Shown here in pieces: positions 1 to 10,044 of a DNA stretch of 42,051 nt; within the stretch, counting starts at the first letter, position 1; each line of letters starts with the position of its first letter. Location of the stretch: positions 1-42,051 of the forward strand of contig JAULTB010000003.1 in NCBI GenBank assembly GCA_038801655.1, read 5' to 3'. The position numbers and the translations under genes are program-made. The DNA comes from Candidatus Methanosuratincola thermotaenarum (GTDB lineage: Archaea; Thermoproteota; Methanomethylicia; Methanomethylicales; Methanomethylicaceae). The notes below the pieces were generated by a model. The model was not told the origin of the DNA. It made no database searches and saw only the letters and a list, made by a program, of their open reading frames with translations.

Positions 1-2
1 GG

Positions 3-299
3 ATGCTCTCTACTGGCGCAGCTGCTGCGAACCAGGGCGCCCTAATGATCGTGGGATCCCCTGTGGTCCAGAATGATGTGCTGTACCTGACTGTCAGGAA
101 TATAGGGAACGCCGACGCTAATATTTCGTCGTGCCTCCTAGGGGGCCAGAATGCAGCCCTTAACTATAAGATCCAAGCAGGGCAGAGCATGGTGCTCAAC
201 ATCAGCTTCAGCAATGCCAACTTCGCCGCTGGGACCATTCTCAAGGGTTCACTGAACACAGACCAAGGGATCTTGCCTTTCAGCGCCTTCGTCCAGTAA
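3..299 (+). CDS. 3' part of a small Gly/Ala/Asn-rich protein, possibly a pilin or FlaF/FlaG-like accessory subunit of the downstream pilus genes (5' end may lie outside the window)
   Basis: The frame is open from the window edge to TAA at 297-299. It lies 46 nt upstream of the pilus ATPase gene on the same strand. No catalytic motif; assignment is by context only. Confidence 0.3.
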   Translation: MLSTGAAAANQGALMIVGSPVVQNDVLYLTVRNIGNADANISSCLLGGQNAALNYKIQAGQSMVLNISFSNANFAAGTILKGSLNTDQGILPFSAFVQ

Positions 300-345
300 T
301 CCCCTTTTTTTTATCTGTTCCATCCAGTCAGGAAGTGGTATTGGT

Positions 346-2067
346 TTGCCTTTGTCAGGCAGGCGGAGGGATCGGGGCGGGATCGGCTCAAGGTCCTTCG
401 AGAGCCTCGAGGAAGAGGTCTTTGAAAGGATAGATCGTCGATACAGCTCCCCAAAGGGAAGGTTTGATCTGCCTGCATTCAGCATCAAGGCTTCATACGT
501 GCGCCTCTCGAACTATGAAATTATAGAGAGCTACGCTGTCGGGCTATCGACAGTCTATATTACAAAGGACATGGAATACCTGATCAACGACCCTCCCCTG
601 ACCCCTGAGGAGCACAAGAGATTGGGCGACATCGCCTCCAAGCTCCTCTTCATCATGCCAGCCTCGGCTGTCGGTGACGAGCGGCAGTTCGAGGAGTACC
701 TGAAGAGGGCCGGCCTCACCGACCAGAGGTACAAGTATTTCCTGAAGAGGGAGATTGTCGGGTATGGCCCCCTCGACCCGATGGTCTCTGACCCAAAGGT
801 CGAGGACATAGTCGTAGCCTCCTCGAGCAGCCCGGTCTCGTGCAGCCACTCCGACTACGGCACCATGCCCAGCAACGTCCGTTTCAGGAGCGAGGAGATC
901 GACAGGTACGTGGAGAAGCTCGTCCACATCTCAGGCAAGTCTGTATCGCTCTACAAGCCCATCCTGAGCATTAGGCTCCCGAACGGGTCGAGGCTCTCGG
1001 CCTCCTACAAGAGGGAGGTCTCGGTCGAGGGGTCGAGCTTCATAATCCGCAAATTCCCAGAGAAGCCCTGGTCAATAACCTCGCTGATGCTCATGAACAC
1101 GCTGTCGCCTGAGATCGCGGCTTGGCTGATGATGCTGGAGGAGCACCGCAAAGCGTTCCTCGTCTGCGGATCAATGGGGACAGGAAAGACCTCGATGATT
1201 AACGCCTTGTGCAACCTGATGCCTGAGAGGGCTGTTATAGTCACCATAGAGGACACGCCCGAGCTCAGGCTCGCCCACCCGAACAGGTTCTCGCTGGTCG
1301 TCAGGGAGTCCGCGACCCTCGACGAGCGTGGCGAGATAGGGATGTTCGCGCTGGTCAAGGAGGCGCTCAGGATGTCCGCCGACTACATCATAGTGGGTGA
1401 GGTTAGGGGCGAGGAGGGGAGGATCTGGGCCCAGGCGATTATGACTGGCCACGGGGGGATCACATCCCTCCACGCCGAGAGCCCATCCTCTGCACTCGAG
1501 CGCCTCCTCTCCACGCCCATCTCCGTCGAGAAGGGCGCGTTGAAGTCGCTGGCTGGCATACTCTGCTTGGGGAGATCCACATATTTCGCCGAGGGCCGCC
1601 AGAGGCAGCGGAGGCGGGTCCTCAACTACTACGACCTGAACCCTGACCTGACCCTCACGCCAATCTTCTCTTATTCATCAGAGGGGGATCGGTTCGGGCA
1701 CGACGAGTCGAGGATCCTCTCCTCCAACTCCGCAAGGAGGGTTATGCAGGAGACTGGCTTCTCGGAAAAGGTCTTCTTGGAGAGGTACCGCAGGCGGGTG
1801 GCTTTCCTCACCAGGCTCCTCCAGGCCGCCAAGGTGAGGCCTGAGTATAGGGAGTACCTTCTTGTTGCTAAAGCCGTATGGCTCTTCCAGTCCTCACCTG
1901 AAGACTTTGACCCTGAGGACATTGTCTACTCCGGCGGATCATTCAAGGTAGGCCCAGAAGCCTTATCGAAGGGTCTGAGCGTGAGCCTGGACTCGAATGA
2001 CGAGGCGGCCTCGCATGCGCCGCCTCCCAGAGGTGCCCGTGGGCGGGTGAAGGCTCTCGATGCCTGA
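346..2067 (+). CDS. Archaeal type IV pilus/archaellum-type assembly ATPase (FlaI/PilB/VirB11 superfamily)
   Basis: Walker A is VCGSMGTGKTS. The Asp-box/Walker B-like motif is ADYIIVGEVRGEE and the His-box is TGHGGITSLHA. The N-terminal YEIIESY...INDPPLTPEE is typical of FlaI-like proteins. The start is uncertain: TTG 346, or in-frame GTG 499. Confidence 0.85.
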   Translation: MPLSGRRRDRGGIGSRSFESLEEEVFERIDRRYSSPKGRFDLPAFSIKASYVRLSNYEIIESYAVGLSTVYITKDMEYLINDPPLTPEEHKRLGDIASKLLFIMPASAVGDERQFEEYLKRAGLTDQRYKYFLKREIVGYGPLDPMVSDPKVEDIVVASSSSPVSCSHSDYGTMPSNVRFRSEEIDRYVEKLVHISGKSVSLYKPILSIRLPNGSRLSASYKREVSVEGSSFIIRKFPEKPWSITSLMLMNTLSPEIAAWLMMLEEHRKAFLVCGSMGTGKTSMINALCNLMPERAVIVTIEDTPELRLAHPNRFSLVVRESATLDERGEIGMFALVKEALRMSADYIIVGEVRGEEGRIWAQAIMTGHGGITSLHAESPSSALERLLSTPISVEKGALKSLAGILCLGRSTYFAEGRQRQRRRVLNYYDLNPDLTLTPIFSYSSEGDRFGHDESRILSSNSARRVMQETGFSEKVFLERYRRRVAFLTRLLQAAKVRPEYREYLLVAKAVWLFQSSPEDFDPEDIVYSGGSFKVGPEALSKGLSVSLDSNDEAASHAPPPRGARGRVKALDA

Positions 2068-3769
2068 CGGGGATTCCGGGTTGCTTGCGAGGCTCTCAAG
2101 CCCGATAGCCCGCCGCCTAAGCCTCCGCCTGTACCAGGGCGAGCTTTTGGTTTCCCCAGACTCATATGGCAGGAAGGTGGCGGTTGTTGCCATGATCTCA
2201 TCCGCCATGTCCTCCGGGGCTTTGGCTCTCCTGGCTCTGGGGCTCTGCGGCCTGGCAGCCGCGCCTCCATGGCTGCTGATCGCAGCCGGGGCGGCTGCCC
2301 TCCCTTCATGGTTCTTCTTGGCTTATCTATGCGCGAGGCCACTCCTTTCATCGATGAGCAGGAAAAGCGCCTGCGAGAGGGAACTCCCGTTCCTGACAGC
2401 CTTCCTTGCAATCGCCTCTGCATCGGGAATCCCTGTCCAAGCCGCGCTTGAGAGGCTTAGGCACTCGGCATTCCTGCACGGGTTCAGGAGCGAGGCACAG
2501 AGGATCGAGAAGGTCAGGCGCCTCTATGCGCTCCACCCGTATGATGCCATGATCTTTGAGGCAAGGCAACACCCCTCCGATCGCGTAAGGGATCTCTACT
2601 TCTCTGTTGTCGCCGCCCAGAAGCAGGGCGATGCTGTGCCCTCGGTGCTCAGGGATGAGCTGATGAAGGTCTTCTCGCACCTCCAGGGAACGATAAAGAC
2701 CCTCTCAGACAAGTTCTCCATGATCGCCTCTGCGGAGATGATCGCTTTCATACTCGTCCCGATGGGGGCGCTCACGCTCGGCACAGTATTCAGCTCGGCG
2801 GTATCGCTGCCTACCCTGGTGGCCGCATGCATTGGCCTCCCGAGCCTAACCGCGGTCCTGCTGGGCATAATGATCGATTCGTCCCTCCCTAAGGAGCTCA
2901 CTGCCCCTATGCCGATGAAATGGTTCTCAATGGCGCTTGCTGCCATCCCTCTTGGCGCGATCCTGGCCGCAATCCTCTGGGTTTCGGGGATCCATGTTCC
3001 AGCTTACCTTCCATTCGGCGCAGTCCTCCTCGCCTCGCTCGCAGCAGCCTCTTTGCACTACAGCCCAATGCGGAAGGAGATCAGCCAGATCCTCGCCGCC
3101 CTCCCTGCCTTCACCAGGCTCGTAGCCGAGGAGGTGAAGAAAGGGAACTCGCCAGGCATGTCCATAATACACTTCTCTGAGGCGAGGGCTTTCAACCGGC
3201 ACTTCGACAGTTTCCTGCACAGGATATCTGCCTTCCTTAAGATAGGCGTGCCGATATCAGAGGTCGCAAAGGCAGTGCGAGCCCCATGGGTCGTCAAGGC
3301 AGCATTCGAGCTGATAGACGAGTCCGAGAGGATGGGGTCTGAACCGAAGAGCCTCGACCACCTCTCCGAGCTCGTCTCGAACCTGAGCCTCTGCATGAGG
3401 GCCCTAACGTCCCAGACCCGGCTCTTCACAGCTGTGAGCTACATGAATACAATCGTGCTGACTTTCACCACGGTGGTCGCGGTAGACGTGATCGGGAGGC
3501 TATTCGCTGGGGCCCTCGGCAGCGTAAGCATCAGCCTGCCGTTCGGCCTCTCGTTCATGACTGGATCCCAGTTCGAGGTCGCATCTGCAGTCGCGTACAT
3601 AGCAGTCATTTACGACGCATTCCTGCTCGGCATAGTCGGCGGCAAGCTGAGCAGGGGAGGATCTCTCGCGGACGGCCTAGTGCCCGCAGCAATTTGCGTA
3701 GCAATCTCGATTGCCGGGTTCTTGGCATTCCGGGAGCTAGGCCTGATAAGGTTCATCTTCGGGGTTTGA
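2060..3769 (+). CDS. FlaJ/TadC-like polytopic membrane platform protein (type II secretion system F-domain family)
   Basis: The ATG overlaps the ATPase stop by 8 nt, so the two form an operon. The 569-aa product has many hydrophobic helices flanking two soluble helical segments, the usual FlaJ/TadC layout. Confidence 0.7.
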   Translation: MPDGDSGLLARLSSPIARRLSLRLYQGELLVSPDSYGRKVAVVAMISSAMSSGALALLALGLCGLAAAPPWLLIAAGAAALPSWFFLAYLCARPLLSSMSRKSACERELPFLTAFLAIASASGIPVQAALERLRHSAFLHGFRSEAQRIEKVRRLYALHPYDAMIFEARQHPSDRVRDLYFSVVAAQKQGDAVPSVLRDELMKVFSHLQGTIKTLSDKFSMIASAEMIAFILVPMGALTLGTVFSSAVSLPTLVAACIGLPSLTAVLLGIMIDSSLPKELTAPMPMKWFSMALAAIPLGAILAAILWVSGIHVPAYLPFGAVLLASLAAASLHYSPMRKEISQILAALPAFTRLVAEEVKKGNSPGMSIIHFSEARAFNRHFDSFLHRISAFLKIGVPISEVAKAVRAPWVVKAAFELIDESERMGSEPKSLDHLSELVSNLSLCMRALTSQTRLFTAVSYMNTIVLTFTTVVAVDVIGRLFAGALGSVSISLPFGLSFMTGSQFEVASAVAYIAVIYDAFLLGIVGGKLSRGGSLADGLVPAAICVAISIAGFLAFRELGLIRFIFGV

Positions 3770-3872
3770 TTCCTTGTTCCGGAATGCCTTTCGCTGCTTT
3801 ATTGTGGCAGTCATCGCTAATGCGGAGCCGTGCCTGCAGACGCCACGGTTTTTGCACTGAAAGGTCAAAAGG

Positions 3873-4136
3873 TCAGAGTGCAGAGATTATCATGCTCACT
3901 ATCAAGAGGGCCCAGCCAAGCAGAATTATTATCCCGAGTATCTTCTTTCCTGCGCTCACCACCATGAGGAGGATGTATGCTGCGGTGAGCGACACGAGCA
4001 GGGCTATAGTGCTCGCAAACGCATCAGAGAGCTCAGGGCTCACTTTGAAGATCGTCATGCTCAGTATGCTTTCTATGGCCCACCTCAGCCCGTTGAAAGC
4101 AATTCCTATCAGGTTTATTATCCATCCGAACTCCAT
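3873..4136 (-). CDS. Small hypothetical membrane protein (2-3 TM helices)
   Basis: 87-aa ORF with strongly hydrophobic segments (GIIILLGWALLIVSMIISAL). It is convergent with the pilus operon. No family recognised. Confidence 0.4.
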   Translation of the reverse strand: MEFGWIINLIGIAFNGLRWAIESILSMTIFKVSPELSDAFASTIALLVSLTAAYILLMVVSAGKKILGIIILLGWALLIVSMIISAL

Positions 4137-4238
4137 TTTGATCCAACCCTAATAATAATCTGACACAATATAACACTAACGGAGGGTTATCTGGGATCCT
4201 GAGCCCTTGCAAGTAATGCTGCTTGGGCACCCATTGCC

Positions 4239-4796
4239 TCAAAAAGTCAAATCCTTCCCCTTTTCCTCCCTTACCTTTTCCCTCATCTCGTTGAACCAGG
4301 AGGGGAACCTGATCTCGCCCCCGAAGTCTTGCGGCACGTGCGGCTTGAGGTCGAGCACAGGCGTCCCGTCGTACAGATCGAGCCCTTCGACCTCCAAGAC
4401 ATTCCCAACCCTCCTGACAAGCCTGACCACGCTCAAAGCGATGGGGTTCGGCCTGTGGGGGGAACGGGTATTGAATACCCCGACCTCAGGGACTTTTTCG
4501 GGGTCTTCGGCATACTTGGCAAGCCACTTCGGCCTGACCTTCAGCACCTTCCTCTCATCGGCTTCTACCCTGTCCAAGAAGGCGACGACTATTATGTGCG
4601 AGAATCCCTCAATGCCTTCGAGCCCCTCGGAGTACTCTTCGAAGATCTCGATCCTACCTGGGACCCCGTCGAAGCTTTCGCCCACTTCTGATTTGGCGTA
4701 CCCTGTCCTGACGATGCCAATCGGACTGACCGCTATCTCCTTGATCCTGATTGAGGGAAAATCCCCAGAGCCCGCCATGCCAAATCCACCGCGCAA
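4239..4796 (-). CDS. trmO: TsaA/TrmO-family tRNA methyltransferase (UPF0066/YaeB)
   Basis: Family-typical strings: GIVRTGY, GFSHIIVVAFLD, NTRSPHRPNPIALSVVRLV, LEVEGLDLYDGTPVLDLKP. Confidence 0.75.
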   Translation of the reverse strand: MRGGFGMAGSGDFPSIRIKEIAVSPIGIVRTGYAKSEVGESFDGVPGRIEIFEEYSEGLEGIEGFSHIIVVAFLDRVEADERKVLKVRPKWLAKYAEDPEKVPEVGVFNTRSPHRPNPIALSVVRLVRRVGNVLEVEGLDLYDGTPVLDLKPHVPQDFGGEIRFPSWFNEMREKVREEKGKDLTF

Positions 4797-4815
4797 CCCT
4801 TGGTCTATCCCAATA

Positions 4816-5112
4816 TTACGTACCAGCCTTCCCTTTGCCGCTTATCTTTTTACCCAGAAACTCGAAGAACTCTTCCCCGATCTCGCCCACGTACCTCTCC
4901 CCAGAAACGAAGACTGCAGGGGTCGACTCGACGCCCATCTTCTCAGCCTCCTTGAACCCCTCTTCGGTGTCAATGTCGTACTTGATGAGCCTGACAGCCT
5001 CCTGGCTTGAGTTGAGCTCGCTTACCTTGGAGGAGATTATCCTGTCCGCAGCCTGGCAGCCTGCGCAGTTCTCGGACTTGAAGAGGACGACCTCTATCGG
5101 GAGCCCTGGCAT
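4816..5112 (-). CDS. Thioredoxin-fold / glutaredoxin-like small redox protein
   Basis: 98 aa with a CAGC (CxxC) motif after the first beta strand and a TPAVFV cis-Pro-type motif. Confidence 0.6.
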   Translation of the reverse strand: MPGLPIEVVLFKSENCAGCQAADRIISSKVSELNSSQEAVRLIKYDIDTEEGFKEAEKMGVESTPAVFVSGERYVGEIGEEFFEFLGKKISGKGKAGT

Positions 5113-5164
5113 TTTCGGTCACATTGATCGTTCTGTGCAAACCATATATATCTTGTTTTGATAA

Positions 5165-5686
5165 ATGCCTCTGGTCGATATGGGGAAGCGGGAGCATCTT
5201 TCATACAAGGCAATCTGCCCTGGCTGCGGCGGGGAGACCCTTGCGGTCGAGGAGCTCTACGACGAGATCCCTGGGCTGGGCATGGCCGTCCTGGTCTCGA
5301 TGTCCTGCCCTAAGTGCGGGGTTAGAGGGTACCACGAGATCCCGCTTGAGAACCGGGGAATAAGGAAGATAGAATTCAGGGTCTCGGGCGGGAAAGACCT
5401 CAGCGCGAGGGTGATAAGATCGCCCAGCGGGAGGATACTGATACCAGAGCTGGGGCTAGAGCTCAGCCCTGGATCCAGGCCAGTCGGTTTCGTGACGAAT
5501 GTCGAGGGGGTGCTGCAGCGCTTCCTCGAGGTCGCCGAGCAGCTCGCGGGCATCGAGGAGGGCCCGAAGAAGGAAGAGGCAGAGAGGGCTGTAGAGAGGA
5601 TAAGGTCTGCAATGGGCGGATCCCTGCCCTTCACGATCATAATAGAGGACGACCTCGGGAACAGCGCTATAATACCGCCAGATTGA
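5165..5686 (+). CDS. ZPR1-type zinc-finger protein
   Basis: Zinc ribbon of CPGCGG ... SCPKCG, followed by the beta-rich ZPR1-like body ending FTIIIEDDLGNSAI. Confidence 0.6.
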   Translation: MPLVDMGKREHLSYKAICPGCGGETLAVEELYDEIPGLGMAVLVSMSCPKCGVRGYHEIPLENRGIRKIEFRVSGGKDLSARVIRSPSGRILIPELGLELSPGSRPVGFVTNVEGVLQRFLEVAEQLAGIEEGPKKEEAERAVERIRSAMGGSLPFTIIIEDDLGNSAIIPPD

Positions 5687-5689
5687 CCC

Positions 5690-6835
5690 TCAGGCAACAG
5701 CCAAAGCCCCTTCCAGATCCGCGATCAGGTCCTCCGTGTCCTCAAGCCCGACAGAGAGCCTGACGAGCCCATCTGTAATTCCAAGCTCTCTACGCTCCTC
5801 GGGGCTTATGTTCTTGTGGGATGACGACACAGGGTGGGTCACCAACGTCTCTGCCCCTCCGAGGCTCGGGGCAGTCTTTATCAGCTTGAGCCCGCCCAGG
5901 AATTTCATCGCGCTCTCCAGGCCTTCGAGCTCGAATGAGACCACGCCCCCGAATCCGCTCATAAGCTCCTTTGCCCTCTCGTGGTTGGGGCTCGACTCCA
6001 GTCCGGGGTAGTGGACCTTCTTTACCTTCCGGTGCCCCTCAAGGAACTCTGCTATCTGCTGCGCCTTCCTGTTCTGCTCCTCTACCCTGAGCTTCAGGGT
6101 CTTCAACCCCCTTATCACAAGGTATGCTGCGAATGGATCCAGGCTCCCTCCAAGGTTCCTCCTCCACTCCCAGGCATTGTCTATGCCTTCCTTCGGTCCG
6201 ATCAAGATCCCGGCGATCGCGTCGTTGTGGCCGCCCAGGTACTTAGTCGCGCTGTGCACCACATATTTTGCCCCTGCTTCGATCGGCCTGAAGTTTATGG
6301 GCGTGGCGAATGTGTTGTCGACGATCAGGGTGGCCCCCTTCCTGCGGCAGGCCTCGGCGATCCCTTTGATGTCAGGCACATTCAAGGTTGGGTTGGTGAT
6401 CGACTCCACGAAGACGAGCTTGGTCTCGCTGCCAATCTCCCCTTCCAGCCTGTCGTTCAAGACACACTTGACCTTGATGCCGAACTTTTCAAGAGACCTC
6501 ATTAGGATGAGGCTTGCCCCGTAGACCTCCTTAGAGGTAACAATCGTGTCCCCTTGCCGGGCCAGGCTTAGCAGGAGGGTCGAGATTGCTGCCATTCCTG
6601 AAGAAAAAGCCAAGCAATCCTCTCCACCCTCGAGGGCCGCCATCTTCCTCTCGAGCAGGTTTACGGTCGGGTTGTCCTCCCTGCTGTACTTGAGGTCCCT
6701 CCCGCGTATCTGCTTCCCGTTCGGGTGCTTGAAGATGGCTGTCTGGTAAATCGGCGCTATTATGTCGTCTCCCTCTGCACACCCGTGGTGGATCGCGGTA
6801 GTGCTCAAGCCCCTCCTTCTTTCCATGTTCAGCAC
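5690..6835 (-). CDS. Cys/Met-metabolism PLP enzyme (cystathionine gamma-synthase/beta-lyase or O-acetylhomoserine sulfhydrylase family)
   Basis: Full-length match to the family pattern: PIYQTAIF, DNTFATP, and the PLP-lysine motif HSATKYLGGHND. The start could be the M at 6826. Confidence 0.85.
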   Translation of the reverse strand: MLNMERRRGLSTTAIHHGCAEGDDIIAPIYQTAIFKHPNGKQIRGRDLKYSREDNPTVNLLERKMAALEGGEDCLAFSSGMAAISTLLLSLARQGDTIVTSKEVYGASLILMRSLEKFGIKVKCVLNDRLEGEIGSETKLVFVESITNPTLNVPDIKGIAEACRRKGATLIVDNTFATPINFRPIEAGAKYVVHSATKYLGGHNDAIAGILIGPKEGIDNAWEWRRNLGGSLDPFAAYLVIRGLKTLKLRVEEQNRKAQQIAEFLEGHRKVKKVHYPGLESSPNHERAKELMSGFGGVVSFELEGLESAMKFLGGLKLIKTAPSLGGAETLVTHPVSSSHKNISPEERRELGITDGLVRLSVGLEDTEDLIADLEGALAVA

Positions 6836-6968
6836 CTCGCATTATACTAACGATATTATATTTTAATCTATCTATTTATTATTCACAGTAATAGAATCCA
6901 TTTCCCGACTTTCCAGCCCACAATGTTAAAAGCCTGACCCCCCAAGTAACGGGGGGAGCGGAACCCCT

Positions 6969-7433
6969 GTGATCACGCTCTATTTCGATGGCCTCTGCAT
7001 GCCCAAAAACCCGGGTGGCGTGGCAACTTTTGGGTACGTCATTTATTCAGACGGCAAGAAGCTCAACGAGGGGTGCGGCCTCGTCGGGGCGGGGATGCTC
7101 GGCGATGACGTCTCAAACAATGTCGCGGAGTACCACGCGCTGATAAGGGGCCTGGAGCACCTCCTCTCGATCGGCTACGATGGCGAAGTCGAGATAAGGG
7201 GCGACAGCCAATTGGTCGTAAACCAGCTCTCCGGCAAGTATGCAGTCAGGGCCAGGCGCATAGTGGATCTCCACAGGAGGGCAGAGGATCTCCTTAGACG
7301 CTTCAGCAAAGCCACCCTCAAATGGATCCCAAGGGAGGAGAACGGAGAGGCAGACCGCCTGAGCAGGGTGGCTTTCGAAGAATTCCTCAGGAGGCACTAC
7401 GCGGAATACAAAAGGTATTATGGATCATCGTGA
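6969..7433 (+). CDS. rnhA: Ribonuclease HI (type 1 RNase H)
   Basis: DEDD residues sit in the expected contexts: LYFDGLC, NNVAEYHALIRGLE, IRGDSQLVV, ENGEADRLS. GTG start. Confidence 0.8.
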   Translation: MITLYFDGLCMPKNPGGVATFGYVIYSDGKKLNEGCGLVGAGMLGDDVSNNVAEYHALIRGLEHLLSIGYDGEVEIRGDSQLVVNQLSGKYAVRARRIVDLHRRAEDLLRRFSKATLKWIPREENGEADRLSRVAFEEFLRRHYAEYKRYYGSS

Positions 7434-7510
7434 ATTCCAGCCTTAAAAATTCCAAATGATCAAGCCATAAATAAATTCTTTAGAAAGGGTTATAACAAAA
7501 AGCAACTTTT

Positions 7511-9976
7511 ATGATTAATGTGGTATTGATGCAGCACAAGGCATTCGTGGTCGCGGTTCTGCTGTTGATCTATATAAGCAGTGTTGCCCTGCCTGTGGGC
7601 TCGGGGCTTTACGAATCTTCTTTTGACCCGTATATTGTGATCGGGAACGCCTCTGTCGTCATCTCCGGCGACAACGGCGCTGCATCGACAGTGACGTCCG
7701 ATTTGGGGGATTTCTCAATAATTGATGGGCTGGCAGCAGGCATTTATGACGTGGAGGTCTCAGCCCCTGGGTACATCAGCGCTTACCTAAGGGGGGTGAA
7801 CATATATGCTGGGTACCTGAAGGACCTCGGCGTGATCAGCCTGAGCCCGTCCGCACGAATCGAGGGGATGGTTGTCGGGCCGAATGGCGAACCCATATCC
7901 AACATATCTATGCGCCTTGTGGACGAAGGGAGCGGTTCTGTTGTGGCCTTCACCCGATCTTCTGACTCGGGGGCATTCACCTTCGATTCGAACGTGAGGA
8001 GTGGCAATTATTCTATAGTCGGTTACATAGATCCTTACTTCCCCGCCTATGGCTTTGGGTACATCACCGGATCTGTCAGCGGCATCGCTGCGGCTGAGGG
8101 GCAAACGACGTCGGGGATCCTGATCCGCCTCAACGCATCGGGCATAATTGCAGGCACTGTCAAGGATGAAAGCGGATCGCCTGTGGCGGGGGTGACGTTG
8201 AGGGCTTTCAGCGTCGAAGGGCAATCAAGGTTCGCTTTCGCAAAGACCGACAGCCTTGGGCGGTTCAACATATCAACGAACCTCCCCAGCGGCAGGTACA
8301 ACCTGACGATATACGATGCAACCGGTTTTGTCTTTGATCCGATCTCGGACTCCGCCACTGTGAATTTGACTGCAGGATCTACGTCGACCGTTGACTTCGC
8401 GCTCAAGCGCTCTGGGATCATCTCGGGCAGGATCGTTTATTCGGACGATTCTCCGGCTGGATCAATACTCGTCTATGCTTTCAGCAGCGACAACAGGTAC
8501 TTCGGTTATGCCTACTCCAATTCAGACGGTACTTATTCGATAAGCACAGGGCTCGGTACCGGAAACTATACCGTCATTGCCAACAACGAATTCTCGAAAT
8601 CCAAGGCTGTGCCCGTAACGGCTGGCTATGAGACAGGGAATGTCGACTTCAAGCTCTCCACGATTGGGGCTGCAAAAGTAATAGTCTCGGGCAAGGTGCT
8701 CGACTCCATGAACAGGCCGATATCTTCGGCCATGGTATTCTCACCTACGGACTACACGTCGAGCTCGGATGATGGGAGCTATACAATCGAGATTGCCCTG
8801 CCCACTGGTCAAAGTTCCATCACTGTGCCGCTGACTGCGTCGAAAAGGGGATACTACGACGGCGCGATCAATATCACTGCCGTTGCCGGTCAAGGGGAGG
8901 TTCGGGCAGACATAACCCTGGTTGAGATGCCGAAGGGATCCGTTGCTGGAAAAGTTGTCCATGGCCCGCCGAAGGAGGACACTGCGCTCACCATAGGCTC
9001 TGAGTACGCAAACATCATGGTAGGTCAAGAGTTCACCGTTTTCGGCTCGTCCCCGGCTTCAGGAGACGGAACCGTGGTGTATCTTGTGTCCAAGAACGGT
9101 ACAGGTTTCATTTATGCAGGGAACTCATCCATGACTGATGGCAGGTTCGCATTCAGCATGGTCCTGGATGCCCCTGGCATGATACGGATAAGGGCATACT
9201 GGTCAGGCGACAATCAATACAACCCCGTCGAGTCGAACACATTATCCATAGAGGCGTTCGACCCCTCCTCGAAGACCCCTGTGGAGATAGCGATGTCCTC
9301 GACGGCTGCCAGAGTCCCACCCGGATCAAGGATAAAGCTGACTGGGACCGCCGCCCCGCTGAAGGATGGGGTATTGCGGCTGTACGGATCGGTGAACGGA
9401 TCAGCCTTCAATGAAATAGCCAACCTTACCCTGATCGAGGGCACCTTCTTCCACACAGTGGCGCTCAATGAGGGTGGAGTCTACTCATTCTACGCAGTCT
9501 GGCCTGGCGATGCCAGCAGCTTCGCCAACAAATCAGGGACCGTCACTGTAACGGTGACCCCAGGGGTGAAGGTCACCCCTACAGTCACGCTAAATTCATC
9601 CAAGACAACGGTCACGCTCTCAGAGAACGTGACCTCCGTTCCTGTTGCCATCTACGGCAGGATTTACCCGCCGATCGCAGAGACCCAGGTTATAATCACT
9701 GTCACCGACCCCGAAAACGTGAAGACGAATATGACCGTGAGCACGAACGACTCCGAGTTCAGCCTGCAGCTTAACTTGAACAAGCGTGGGACTTGGTCCG
9801 TGGTGGCCGGCATACCTGAGGGGCAGATATACTCCTCGTCCGCCTCTTCGCCCCTGGCAATCGCCGCTGAATATTCCGGGGGTGCCGACAATACAATGAT
9901 TTACATCATCGGGGTTGGTGTCGTCATACTGGCGCTCGCAGTTGTCCTCTTCATCGTATTCTCCAAGGGCAGGTGA
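7511..9976 (+). CDS. Large secreted surface protein with repeated carboxypeptidase-regulatory-like (CarboxypepD_reg) beta-sandwich domains and a C-terminal membrane anchor
   Basis: N-terminal signal/TM is AFVVAVLLLIYISSVALP. Motifs of the type G.V.D..G.P..GV..R recur. There are many N-x-S/T sequons. The C-terminus is a TM helix plus a basic tail (IIGVGVVILALAVVLFIVFSKGR). Confidence 0.75.
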   Translation: MINVVLMQHKAFVVAVLLLIYISSVALPVGSGLYESSFDPYIVIGNASVVISGDNGAASTVTSDLGDFSIIDGLAAGIYDVEVSAPGYISAYLRGVNIYAGYLKDLGVISLSPSARIEGMVVGPNGEPISNISMRLVDEGSGSVVAFTRSSDSGAFTFDSNVRSGNYSIVGYIDPYFPAYGFGYITGSVSGIAAAEGQTTSGILIRLNASGIIAGTVKDESGSPVAGVTLRAFSVEGQSRFAFAKTDSLGRFNISTNLPSGRYNLTIYDATGFVFDPISDSATVNLTAGSTSTVDFALKRSGIISGRIVYSDDSPAGSILVYAFSSDNRYFGYAYSNSDGTYSISTGLGTGNYTVIANNEFSKSKAVPVTAGYETGNVDFKLSTIGAAKVIVSGKVLDSMNRPISSAMVFSPTDYTSSSDDGSYTIEIALPTGQSSITVPLTASKRGYYDGAINITAVAGQGEVRADITLVEMPKGSVAGKVVHGPPKEDTALTIGSEYANIMVGQEFTVFGSSPASGDGTVVYLVSKNGTGFIYAGNSSMTDGRFAFSMVLDAPGMIRIRAYWSGDNQYNPVESNTLSIEAFDPSSKTPVEIAMSSTAARVPPGSRIKLTGTAAPLKDGVLRLYGSVNGSAFNEIANLTLIEGTFFHTVALNEGGVYSFYAVWPGDASSFANKSGTVTVTVTPGVKVTPTVTLNSSKTTVTLSENVTSVPVAIYGRIYPPIAETQVIITVTDPENVKTNMTVSTNDSEFSLQLNLNKRGTWSVVAGIPEGQIYSSSASSPLAIAAEYSGGADNTMIYIIGVGVVILALAVVLFIVFSKGR

Positions 9977-10044
9977 TCCCTCACTGCCCTACCCAATCTT
10001 TTTAAAGATCCGCCCTGATAGACTCTGAAACCGCAGGTGTCGCT

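Noticed and set aside
3694-4152. 152-aa plus-strand ORF overlapping the small membrane-protein gene
   Set aside because: It overlaps the end of the FlaJ-like gene and is antisense to a more protein-like hydrophobic ORF. Its sequence is Arg/Ser/Cys-rich with no motifs. The choice between the two strands remains low-confidence.
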